From Eledone cirrhosa (lineage: Eukaryota), in the NCBI GenBank assembly GCA_964016885.1, contig OZ024740.1, positions 23,436,001-23,500,000 of the forward strand: a DNA stretch of 64,000 nucleotides. Reading direction: 5' to 3'. Shown in pieces: positions 49,201 through 61,200 of the stretch; position 1 is the stretch's first letter, and each line of letters begins with the position of its first letter. The position numbers and the translations under genes are program-made. The notes under the pieces are model-generated. The model made no database searches. It was given only the letters and a program-made list of their open reading frames with translations, and was not told where the DNA came from.

Positions 49201-52200
49201 TTGGTGTTGTTGTTAGTGTTGTAGATCTTGATGCTGTTTGCTGTCAATGTTGTTGGTGTTGTTGTTAGTGTTGTTGATCGTCATGCTCTTTGCTGTAATT
49301 GTTGTTGGTGTTGTTGTTAGTGTTGTTGGTCGTGATGCTCTTTGCTGTCATTGTTGTTGGTGTTGTTGTTAGTGTTGTTGATCGTGATGCTGTTTGCTGT
49401 CATTGTTGTTGGTGTTGTTGTTAGTGTTGTTGATCGTGTTGCTGTTTGCTGTCATTGTTGTTGGTGTTATTGTTAGTGTTGTTGGTCGTGATGCTGTTTG
49501 CTGTCATTGTTGTTGGTGTCGTCGTTAGTGTTGTTGATCGTGTTGCTGTTTGCTGTCATTGTTGTTGGTGTTATTGTTAGTGTTGTTGGTCGTGATGCTC
49601 TTTGCTGTCATTGTTGTTGGTGTCGTCGTTAGTGTTGTTGATCGTGATGCTGTTTGCTGTCATTGTTGTTGGTGTTGTTGTTAGTGTTGTTGGTCGTGAT
49701 GCTGTTTGCTGTCATTGTTGTTGGTGTTGTTGTTAGTGTTGTTGATCGTGATGCTGTTTGCTGTCATTGTTGTTGGTGTCGTCGTTAGTGTTGTTGATCG
49801 TGATGCTGTTTGCTGTCATTGTTGTTGGTGTTGTTGTTAGTGTTGTTGGTCGTGATGCTGTTTGCTGTCATTGTTGTTGGTGTTGTTGTTAGTGTTGTTG
49901 GTCGTGATGCTGTTTGCTGTCATTGTTGTTGGTGTTGTTGTTAGTGTTGTTGGTCGTGATGCTGTTTGCTGTCATTGTTGTTGGTGTTGTTGTTAGTGTT
50001 GTTGGTCGTGATGCTGTTTGCTGTCATTGTTGTTGGTGTTGTTGTTAGTGTTGTTGGTCGTGTTGCTGTTTGCTGTCATTGTTGTTGGTGTTGTTGTTAG
50101 TGTTGTTGGTCGTGATGCTGTTTGCTGTCATTGTTGTTGGTGTTGTTGTTAGTGTTGTTGGTCGTGATGCTGTTTGCCCTCATTGTTGTTGGTGTAATTG
50201 TTAGTGTTGTTGGTCGTGTTGCTGTTTGCTGTCAATGTTGTTGGTGTTGTTGTTAGTGTTGTTGGTCGTGATGCTGTTTGCTGTCATTGTTGTTGGTATT
50301 GTTGTTAGTGTTGTTGGTCGTGATGCTGTTTGCTGTCATTGTTGTTGGTGTTGTTGTTAGTGTTGTTGGTCGTGATGCTGTTTGCTGTCATTGTTGTTGG
50401 TGTTGTTGTTAGTGTTGTTGATCGTGATGCTGTTTGCTGTCATTGTTGTTGGTGTTGTTGTTAGTGTTGTTGGTCGTGATGCTGTTTGCTGTCATTGTTG
50501 TTGGTGTTGTTGTTAGTGTTGTTGGTCGTGATGCTGTTTGCTGTCATTGTTGTTGGTGTTGTTGTTAGTGTTGTTGGTCGTGATGCTGTTTGCTGTCATT
50601 GTTGTTGGTGTTGTTGTTAGTGTTGTTGGTCGTGTTGCTGTTTGCTGTCATTGTTGTTGGTGTTGTTGTTAGTGTTGTTGGTCGTGATGCTGTTTGCCCT
50701 CATTGTTGTTGGTGTTGTTGTTAGTGTTGTTGGTCGTGATGCTGTTTGCTGTCAATGTTGTTGGTGTTGTTGTTAGTGTTGTTGGTCGTGATGCTGTTTG
50801 CTGTCATTGTTGTTGGTGTTGTTGTTAGTGTTGTTGGTCGTGATGCTGTTTGCTGTCATTGTTGTTGGTGTTGTTGTTAGTGTTGTTGGTCGTGATGCTG
50901 TTTGCTGTCATTGTTGTTGGTGTTGTTGTTAGTGTTGTTGGTCGTGTTGCTGTTTGCTGTCATTGTTGTTGGTGTTGTTGTTAGTGTTGTTGGTCGTGAT
51001 GCTGTTTGCTGTCATTGTTGTTGGTGTTGTTGTTAGTGTTGTTGGTCGTGTTGCTGTTTGCTGTCATTGTTGTTGGTGTTGTTGTTAGTGTTGTTGGTCG
51101 TGATGCTGTTTGCTGTCATTGTTGTTGGTGTTGTTGTTAGTGTTGTTGGTCGTGATGCTGTTTGCTGTCATTGTTGTTGGTGTTGTTGTTAGTGTTGTTG
51201 GTCGTGATGCTGTTTGCTGTCATTGTTGTTGGTGTTGTTGTTAGTGTTGTTGGTCGTGATGCTGTTTGCTGTCATTGTTGTTGGTGTTGTTGTTAGTGTT
51301 GTTGGTCGTGTTGCTGTTTGCTGTCATTGTTGTTGGTGTTGTTGTTAGTGTTGTTGGTCGTGATGCTGTTTGCCCTCATTGTTGTTGGTGTAATTGTTAG
51401 TGTTGTTGGTCGTGTTGCTGTTTGCTGTCAATGTTGTTGGTGTTGTTGTTAGTGTTGTTGGTCGTGATGCTGTTTGCTGTCATTGTTGTTGGTGTTGTGG
51501 TTAGTGTTGTTGGTCGTGATGCTGTTTGCTGTCATTGTTGTTGGTGTTGTTGTTAGTGTTGTTGGTCGTGATGCTGTTTGCTGTCATTGTTGTTGGTGTT
51601 GTTGTTAGTGTTGTTGGTCGTGATGCTGTTTGCTGTCATTGTTGTTGGTGTTGTTGTTAGTGTTGTTGGTCGTGTTGCTGTTTGCTGTCATTGATGTTGG
51701 TGTTGTTGTTAGTGTTGTTGGTCGTGATGCTGTTTGCTGTCAATGTTGTTGGTGTTGTTGTTAGTGTTGTTGGTCGTGATGCTGTTTGCTGTCATTGTTG
51801 TTGGTGTTGTTGTTAGTGTTGTTGGTCGTGATGCTGTTTGCTGTCATTGTTGTTGGTGTTGTTGTTAGTGTTGTTGGCCGTGATGCTGTTTGCTGTCATT
51901 GTTGTTGGTGTTATTGTTAGTGTTGTTGATCGTGATGCTGTTTGCTGTCATTGTTGTTGGTGTTGTTAGTGTTGTTGGTCGTGATGCTGTTTGCTGTCAT
52001 TGTTGTTGGTGTTGTTGTTAGTGTTGTTGGTCGTGATGCTGTTTGCTGTCATTGTTGTTGGTGTTGTTGTTAGTGTTGTTGGTCGTGATGCTGTTTGCTG
52101 TCATTGTTGTTGGTGTTGTTGTTAGTGTTGTTGGTCGTGTTGCTGTTTGCTGTCATTGTTGTTGGTGTTGTTGTTAGTGTTGTTGGTCGTGATGCTGTTT

Positions 52201-55200
52201 GCCCTCATTGTTGTTGGTGTTGTTGTTAGTGTTGTTGGTCGTGATGCTGTTTGCTGTCAATGTTGTTGGTGTTGTTGTTAGTGTTGTTGGTCGTGATGCT
52301 GTTTGCTGTCATTGTTGTTGGTGTTGTTGTTAGTGTTGTTGGTCGTGATGCTGTTTGCTGTCATTGTTGTTGGTGTTGTTGTTAGTGTTGTTGGTCGTGA
52401 TGCTGTTTGCTGTCATTGTTGTTGGTGTTGTTGTTAGTGTTGTTGGTCGTGTTGCTGTTTGCTGTCATTGTTGTTGGTGTTGTTGTTAGTGTTGTTGGTC
52501 GTGATGCTGTTTGCTGTCATTGTTGTTGGTGTTGTTGTTAGTGTTGTTGGTCGTGTTGCTGTTTGCTGTCATTGTTGTTGGTGTTGTTGTTAGTGTTGTT
52601 GGTCGTGATGCTGTTTGCTGTCATTGTTGTTGGTGTTGTTGTTAGTGTTGTTGGTCGTGATGCTGTTTGCTGTCATTGTTGTTGGTGTTGTTGTTAGTGT
52701 TGTTGGTCGTGATGCTGTTTGCTGTCATTGTTGTTGGTGTTGTTGTTAGTGTTGTTGGTCGTGATGCTGTTTGCTGTCATTGTTGTTGGTGTTGTTGTTA
52801 GTGTTGTTGGTCGTGTTGCTGTTTGCTGTCATTGTTGTTGGTGTTGTTGTTAGTGTTGTTGGTCGTGATGCTGTTTGCCCTCATTGTTGTTGGTGTAATT
52901 GTTAGTGTTGTTGGTCGTGTTGCTGTTTGCTGTCAATGTTGTTGGTGTTGTTGTTAGTGTTGTTGGTCGTGATGCTGTTTGCTGTCATTGTTGTTGGTGT
53001 TGTGGTTAGTGTTGTTGGTCGTGATGCTGTTTGCTGTCATTGTTGTTGGTGTTGTTGTTAGTGTTGTTGGTCGTGATGCTGTTTGCTGTCATTGTTGTTG
53101 GTGTTGTTGTTAGTGTTGTTGGTCGTGATGCTGTTTGCTGTCATTGTTGTTGGTGTTGTTGTTAGTGTTGTTGGTCGTGTTGCTGTTTGCTGTCATTGAT
53201 GTTGGTGTTGTTGTTAGTGTTGTTGGTCGTGATGCTGTTTGCTGTCAATGTTGTTGGTGTTGTTGTTAGTGTTGTTGGTCGTGATGCTGTTTGCTGTCAT
53301 TGTTGTTGGTGTTGTTGTTAGTGTTGTTGGTCGTGATGCTGTTTGCTGTCATTGTTGTTGGTGTTGTTGTTAGTGTTGTTGGCCGTGATGCTGTTTGCTG
53401 TCATTGTTGTTGGTGTTATTGTTAGTGTTGTTGATCGTGATGCTGTTTGCTGTCATTGTTGTTGGTGTTGTTAGTGTTGTTGGTCGTGATGATGTTTGCT
53501 GTCATTGTTGTTGGTGTTGTTGTTAGTGTTGTTGGTCGTGATGCTGTTTGCTGTCATTGTTGTTGGTGTTGTTGTTAGTGTTGTTGGTCGTGATGCTGTT
53601 TGCTGTCATTGTTGTTGGTGTTGTTAGTGTTGTTGGTCGTGATGCTGTTTGCTGTCATTGTTGTTGGTGTTGTTAGTGTTGTTGGTCGTGATGCTGTTTG
53701 CTGTCATTGTTGTTGGTGTTGTTGTTAGTGTTGTTGGTCGTGATGCTGTTTGCTGTCATTGTTGTTGGTGTTGTTGTTAGTGTTGTTGATCGTGATGCTG
53801 TTTGCTGTCAATGTTGTTGGTGTTGTTGTTAGTGTTGTTGATCGTGATGCTGTTTGCTGTCATTGTTGTTGGTGTTGTTGATCGTGATGATGTTTGCTGT
53901 CAATGTTGTTGGTGTTGTTGTTAGTGTTGTTGATCGTGATGCTGTTTGCTGTCATTGTTGTTGGTGTTGTTGTTAGTGTTGTTGGTCGTGATGCTGTTTG
54001 CTGTCAATGTTGTTGGTGTCGTCGCTAGTGTTGTTGATCGTGATGCTGTTTGCTGTCATTGTTGTTGGTGTTGCTGATCGTGATGTTGTTTGCTGTCAAT
54101 GTTGTTGGTTTTGTTGTTAGTGTTGTTGATCGTGATGCTGTTTGCTGTCATTGTTGTTGGTGTTGTTGATCGTGATGCTGTTTGCTGTCAATGTTGTTGG
54201 TGTTGTTGTTAGTGTTGTTGATCGTGATGCTGTTTGCTGTCAATGTTGTTGGTGTTGTTGTTAGTGTTGTTGATCGTGATGCTGTTTGCTGTCATTGTTG
54301 TTGGTGTTGTTGTTAGTGTTGTTGATCGTGATGCTGTTTGCTGTCAATGTTGTTGGTGTTGTTGTTAGTGTTGTTGATCGTGATGCTGTTTGCTGTCATT
54401 GTTGTTGGTGTCGTCGTTAGTGTTGTTGATCGTGATGCTGTTTGCTGTCATTGTTGTTGGTGTTGTTGTTAGTGTTGTTGATCGTGATGCTGTTTGCTGT
54501 CATTGTTGTTGGTGTCGTCGTTAGTGTTGTTGATCGTGATGCTGTTTGCTGTCAATGTTGTTGGTGTTGTTGTTAGTGTTGTTGATCGTGATGCTGTTTG
54601 CTGTCAATGTTGTTGGTGTTGTTGTTAGTGTTGTTGATCGTGATGCTGTTTGCTGTAAATGTTGTTGGTGTTGTTGTTAGTGTTGTTGATCGTGATGCTG
54701 TTTGCTGTCATTGTTGTTGGTGTCGTCGTTAGTGTTGTTGATCGTGATGCTGTTTGCTGTCAATGTTGTTGGTGTTGTTGTTAGTGTTGTTGATCGTGAT
54801 GCTGTTTGCTGTCATTGTTGTTGGTGTTGTTGTTAGTGTTGTTGATCGTGATGCTGTTTGCTGTCAATGTTGTTGGTGTCGTCGTTAGTGTTGTTGATCG
54901 TGATGCTGTTTGCTGTCATTGTTGTTGGTGTTGTTGATCGTGATGCTGTTTGCTGTCAATGTTGTTGGTGTTGTTGTTAGTGTTGTTGATCGTGATGCTG
55001 TTTGCTGTCATTGTTGTTGGTGTTGTTGATCGTGATGCTGTTTGCTGTCAATGTTGTTGGTGTTGTTGTTAGTGTTGTTGATCGTGATGCTGTTTGCTGT
55101 CAATGTTGTTGGTGTTGTTGTTAGTGTTGTTGATCGTGATGCTGTTTGCTGTCATTGTTGTTGGTGTTGTTGTTAGTGTTGTTGATCGTGATGCTGTTTG

Positions 55201-58200
55201 CTGTCAATGTTGTTGGTGTTGTTGTTAGTGTTGTTGATCGTGATGCTGTTTGCTGTCATTGTTGTTGGTGTCGTCGTTAGTGTTGTTGATCGTGATGCTG
55301 TTTGCTGTCAATGTTGTTGGTGTCGTCGTTAGTTTTGTTGATCGTGATGCTGTTTGCTGTCATTGTTGTTGGTGTCGTCGTTAGTGTTGTTGATCGTGAT
55401 GCTGTTTGCTGTCATTGTTGTTGGTGTTGTTGTTAGTGTTGTTGATCGTGATGCTGTTTGCTGTCATTGTTGTTGGTGTTGTTGTTAGTGTTGTTGATCG
55501 TGATGCTGTTTGCTGTCATTGTTGTTGGTGTTGTTGTTAGTGTTGTTGATCGTGATGCTGTTTGCTGTCATTGTTGTTGGTGTCGTCGTTAGTGTTGTTG
55601 ATCGTGATGCTGTTTGCTGTCAATGTTGTTGGTGTTGTTGTTAGTGTTGTTGATCGTGATGCTGTTTGCTGTCATTGTTGTTGGTGTTGTTGTTAGTGTT
55701 GTTGATCGTGATGCTGTTTGCTGTCATTGTTGTTGGTGTTGTTGTTAGTGTTGTTGATCGTGATGCTGTTTGCTGTCATTGTTGTTGGTGTCGTCGTTAG
55801 TGTTGTTGATCGTGATGCTGTTTGCTGTCAATGTTGTTGGTGTTGTTGTTAGTGTTGTTGATCGTGATGCTGTTTGCTGTCATTGTTGTTGGTGTTGTTG
55901 TTAGTGTTGTTGGTCGTGATGCTGTTTGCTGTCATTGTTGTTGGTGTTGTTGTTAGTGTTGTTGGTCGTGATGCTGTTTGCTGTCATTGTTGTTGGTGTT
56001 GTTGTTAGTGTTGTTGGTCGTGATGCTGTTTGCTGTCATTGTTGTTGGTGTTGTTGTTAGTGTTGTTGATCGTGATGCTGTTTGCTGTCATTGTTGTTGG
56101 TGTTGTTGTTAGTGTTGTTGGTCGTGATGCTGTTTTGCTGTCATTGTTGTTGGTGTTGTTGTTAGTGTTGTTGATCGTGATGCTGTTTGCTGTCATTGTT
56201 GTTGGTGTTGTTGTTAGTGTTGTTGGTCGTGATGCTGTTTGCTGTCATTGTTGTTGGTGTTGTTGTTAGTGTTGTTGGTCGTGATGCTGTTTGCTGTCAT
56301 TGTTGTTGGTGTTGTTGTTAGTGTTGTTGGTCGTGATGCTGTTTGCTGTCATTGTTGTTGGTGTTGTTGTTAGTGTTGTTGATCGTGATGCTGTTTGCTG
56401 TCATTGTTGTTGGTGTTGTTGTTAGTGTTGTTGGTCGTGATGCTGTTTGCTGTCATTGTTGTTGGTGTTGTTGTTAGTGTTGTTGGTCGTGATGCTGTTT
56501 GCTGTCATTGTTGTTGGTGTTGTTGTTAGTGTTGTTGGTCGTGATGCTGTTTGCTGTCATTGTTGTTGGTGTTGTTGTTAGTGTTGTTGATCGTGATGCT
56601 GTTTGCTGTCATTGTTGTTGGTGTTGTTGTTAGTGTTGTTGGTCGTGATGCTGTTTGCTGTCATTGTTGTTGGTGTTTGTTGTTAGTGTTGTTGGTCGTG
56701 ATGCTGTTTGCTGTCATTGTTGTTGGTGTTGTTGTTAGTGTTGTTGGTCGTGATGCTGTTTGCTGTCATTGTTGTTGGTGTTGTTGTTAGTGTTGTTGGT
56801 CGTGATGCTGTTTGCTGTCATTGTTGTTGGTGTTGTTGTTAGTGTTGTTGGTCGTGATGCTGTTTGCTGTCATTGTTGTTGGTGTTGTTGTTAGTGTTGT
56901 TGGTCGTGATGCTGTTTGCTGTCATTGTTGTTGGTGTTGTTGTTAGTGTTGTTGATCGTGATGCTGTTTGCTGTCATTGTTGTTGGTGTTGTTGTTAGTG
57001 TTGTTGGTCGTGATGCTGTTTGCTGTCATTGTTGTTGGTGTTGTTGTTAGTGTTGTTGATCGTGATGCTGTTTGCTGTCATTGTTGTTGGTGTTGTTGTT
57101 AGTGTTGTTGGTCGTGATGCTGTTTGCTGTCATTGTTGTTGGTGTTGTTGTTAGTGTTGTTGGTCGTGATGCTGTTTGCTGTCATTGTTGTTGGTGTTGT
57201 TGTTAGTGTTGTTGGTCGTGATGCTGTTTGCTGTCATTGTTGTTGGTGTTGTTGTTAGTGTTGTTGATCGTGATGCTGTTTGCTGTCATTGTTGTTGGTG
57301 TTGTTGTTAGTGTTGTTGGTCGTGATGCTGTTTGCTGTCATTGTTGTTGGTGTTGTTGTTAGTGTTGTTGATCGTGATGCTGTTTGCTGTCATTGTTGTT
57401 GGTGTTGTTGTTAGTGTTGTTGGTCGTGATGCTGTTTGCTGTCATTGTTGTTGGTGTTGTTGTTAGTGTTGTTGGTCGTGATGCTGTTTGCTGTCAATGT
57501 TGTTGGTGTTGTTGTTAGTGTTGTTGATCGTGATGCAGTTTGCTGTCATTGTTGTTGGTGTTGTTGTTAGTGTTGTTGATCGTGATGCTGTTTGCTGTCA
57601 TTGTTGTTGGTGTTGTTGTAAGTGTTGTTGATCGTGATGCTGTTTGCTGTCATTGTTGTTGGTGTTGTTGTTAGTGTTGTTGATCGTGTTGCTGTTTGCT
57701 GTCATTGTTGTTGGTGTTGTTGTTAGTGTTGTTGGTCGTGATGCTGTTTGCTGTCATTGTTGTTGGTGTTGTTGTAAGTGTTGTTGGTCGTGATGCTGTT
57801 TGCTGTCAATGTTGTTGGTGTCGTCGTTAGTGTTGTTGATCGTGATGCTGTTTGCTGTCATTGTTGTTGGTGTTGTTGTAAGTGTTGTTGGTCGTGATGC
57901 TGTTTGCTGTCATTGTTGTTGGTGTTGTTGTTAGTGTTGTTGGTCGTGATGCTGTTTGCTGTCATTGTTGTTGGTGTTGTTGTTAGTGTTGTTGATCGTG
58001 ATGCTGTTTGCTGTCATTGTTGTTGGTGTTGTTGTAAGTGTTGTTGGTCGTGATGCTGTTTGCTGTCATTGTTGTTGGTGTTGTTGTTAGTGTTGTTGAT
58101 CGTGATGCTGTTTGCTGTCATTGTTGTTGGTGTTGTTGTAAGTGTTGTTGGTCGTGATGCTGTTTGCTGTCATTGTTGTTGGTGTTGTTGTTAGTGTTGT

Positions 58201-61200
58201 TGATCGTGATGCTGTTTGCTGTCATTGTTGTTGGTGTTGTTGTAAGTGTTGTTGGTCGTGATGCTGTTTGCTGTCAATGTTGTTGGTGTCGTCGTTAGTG
58301 TTGTTGATCGTGATGCTGTTTGCTGTCATTGTTGTTGGTGTTGTTGTAAGTGTTGTTGGTCGTGATGCTGTTTGCTGTCATTGTTGTTGGTGTTGTTGTT
58401 AGTGTTGTTGATCGTGATGCTGTTTGCTGTCATTGTTGTTGGTGTTGTTGTAAGTGTTGTTGGTCGTGATGCTGTTTGCTGTCATTGTTGTTGGTGTTGT
58501 TGTTAGTGTTGTTGATCGTGATGCTGTTTGCTGTCATTGTTGTTGGTGTTGTTGTAAGTGTTGTTGGTCGTGATGCTGTTTGCTGTCAATGTTGTTGGTG
58601 TTGTTGTTAGTGTTGTTGGTCGTGATGCTGTTTGCTGTCATTGTTGTTGGTGTTGTTGTTAGTGTTGTTGATCGTGATGCTGTTTGCTGTCATTGTTGTT
58701 GGTGTTGTTGTTAGTGTTGTTGGTCGTGATGCTGTTTGCTGTCAATGTTGTTGGTGTCGTCGTTAGTGTTGTTGATCGTGATGCTGTTTGCTGTCATTGT
58801 TGTTGGTGTTGTTGTAAGTGTTGTTGATCGTGATGCTGTTTGCTGTCATTGTTGTTGGTATTGTTGTTAGTGTTGTTGGTCGTGATGCTGTTTGCTGTCA
58901 TTGTTGTTGGTGTTGTTGTTAGTGTTGTTGGTCGTGATGCTGTTTGCTGTCATTGTTGTTGGTGTTGTTGTTAGTGTTGTTGATCGTGATGCTGTTTGCT
59001 GTCATTGTTGTTGGTGTTGTTGTTAGTGTTGTTGGTCGTGATGCTGTTTGCTGTCATTGTTGTTGGTGTTGTTGTTAGTGTTGTTGGTCGTGATGCTGTT
59101 TGCTGTCATTGTTGTTGGTGTTGTTGTTAGTGTTGTTGGTCGTGATGCTGTTTGCTGTCATTGTTGTTGGTGTTGTTGTTAGTGTTGTTGGTCGTGTTGC
59201 TGTTTGCTGTCATTGTTGTTGGTGTTGTTGTTAGTGTTGTTGGTCGTGTTGCTGTTTGCTGTCATTGTTGTTGGTGTAATTGTTAGTGTTGTTGGTCCTG
59301 ATGCTGTTTGCTGTCAATGTTGTTGGTGTTGTTGTTAGTGTTGTTGGTCGTGATGCTGTTTGCTGTCATTGTTGTTGGTGTTGTTGTTAGTGTTGTTGGT
59401 CGTGATGCTGTTTGCTGTCATTGTTGTTGGTGTTGTTGTTAGTGTTGTTGGTCGTGATGCTGTTTGCTGTCATTGTTGTTGGTGTTGTTGTTAGTGTTGT
59501 TGGTCGTGTTGCTGTTTGCTGTCATTGTTGTTGGTGTTGTTGTTAGTGTTGTTGGTCGTGTTGCTGTTTGCTGTCATTGTTGTTGGTGTAATTGTTAGTG
59601 TTGTTGGTCGTGTTGCTGTTTGCTGTCAATGTTGTTGGTGTTGTTGTTAGTGTTGTTGGTCGTGATGCTGTTTGCTGTCATTGTTGTTGGTGTTGTTGTT
59701 AGTGTTGTTGGTCGTGATGCTGTTTGCTGTCATTGTTGTTGGTGTTGTTGTTAGTGTTGTTGGTCGTGTTGCTGTTTGCTGTCATTGTTGTTGGTGTTGT
59801 TGTTAGTGTTGTTGGTCGTGTTGCTGTTTGCTGTCATTGTTGTTGGTGTAATTGTTAGTGTTGTTGGTCGTGTTGCTGTTTGCTGTCAATGTTGTTGGTG
59901 TTGTTGTTAGTGTTGTTGGTCGTGATGCTGTTTGCTGTCATTGTTGTTGGTGTTGTTGTTAGTGTTGTTGGTCGTGATGCTGTTTGCTGTCATTGTTGTT
60001 GGTGTTGTTGTTAGTGTTGTTGGTCGTGATGCTGTTTGCTGTCATTGTTGTTGGTGTTGTTGTTAGTGTTGTTGGTCGTGATGCTGTTTGCTGTCATTGT
60101 TGTTGGTGTTGTTGTTAGTGTTGTTGGTCGTGTTGCTGTTTGCTGTCATTGTTGTTGGTGTTGTTGTTAGTGTTGTTGGTCGTGTTGCTGTTTGCTGTCA
60201 TTGTTGTTGGTGTTGTTGTTAGTGTTGTTGGTCGTGTTGCTGTTTGCTGTCATTGTTGTTGGTGTTGTTGTTAGTGTTGTTGGTCGTGATGCTGTTTGCT
60301 GTCATTGTTGTTGGTGTTGTTGTTAGTGTTGTTGGTCGTGTTGCTGTTTGCTGTCATTGTTGTTGGTGTTGTTGTTAGTGTTGTTGGTCGTGTTGCTGTT
60401 TGCTGTCATTGTTGTTGGTGTAATTGTTAGTGTTGTTGGTCGTGTTGCTGTTTGCTGTCAATGTTGTTGGTGTTGTTGTTAGTGTTGTTGGTCGTGATGC
60501 TGTTTGCTGTCATTGTTGTTGGTGTTGTTGTTAGTGTTGTTGGTCGTGATGCTGTTTGCTGTCATTGTTGTTGGTGTTGTTGTTAGTGTTGTTGGTCGTG
60601 ATGCTGTTTGCTGTCATTGTTGTTGGTGTTGTTGTTAGTGTTGTTGGTCGTGTTGCTGTTTGCTCTCATTGTTGTTGGTGTTGTTGTTAGTGTTGTTGGT
60701 CGTGTTGCTGTTTGCTGTCATTGTTGTTGGTGTAATTGTTAGTGTTGTTGGTCGTGTTGCTGTTTGCTGTCAATGTTGTTGGTGTTGTTGTTAGTGTTGT
60801 TGGTCGTGATGCTGATTGCTGTCATTGTTGTTGGTGTTGTTGTTAGTGTTGTTGGTCGTGTTGCTGTTTGCTGTCATTGTTGTTGGTGTTGTTGTTAGTG
60901 TTGTTGGTCGTGTTGCTGTTTGCTGTCATTGTTGTTGGTGTAATTGTTAGTGTTGTTGGTCGTGTTGCTGTTTGCTGTCAATGTTGTTGGTGTTGTTGTT
61001 AGTGTTGTTGGTCGTGATGCTGTTTGCTGTCATTGTTGTTGGTGTTGTTGTTAGTGTTGTTGGTCGTGATGCTGTTTGCTGTCATTGTTGTTGGTGTTGT
61101 TGTTAGTGTTGTTGGTCGTGATGCTGTTTGCTGTCATTGTTGTTGGTGTTGTTGTTAGTGTTGTTGGTCGTGATGCTGTTTGCTGTCATTGTTGTTGGTG

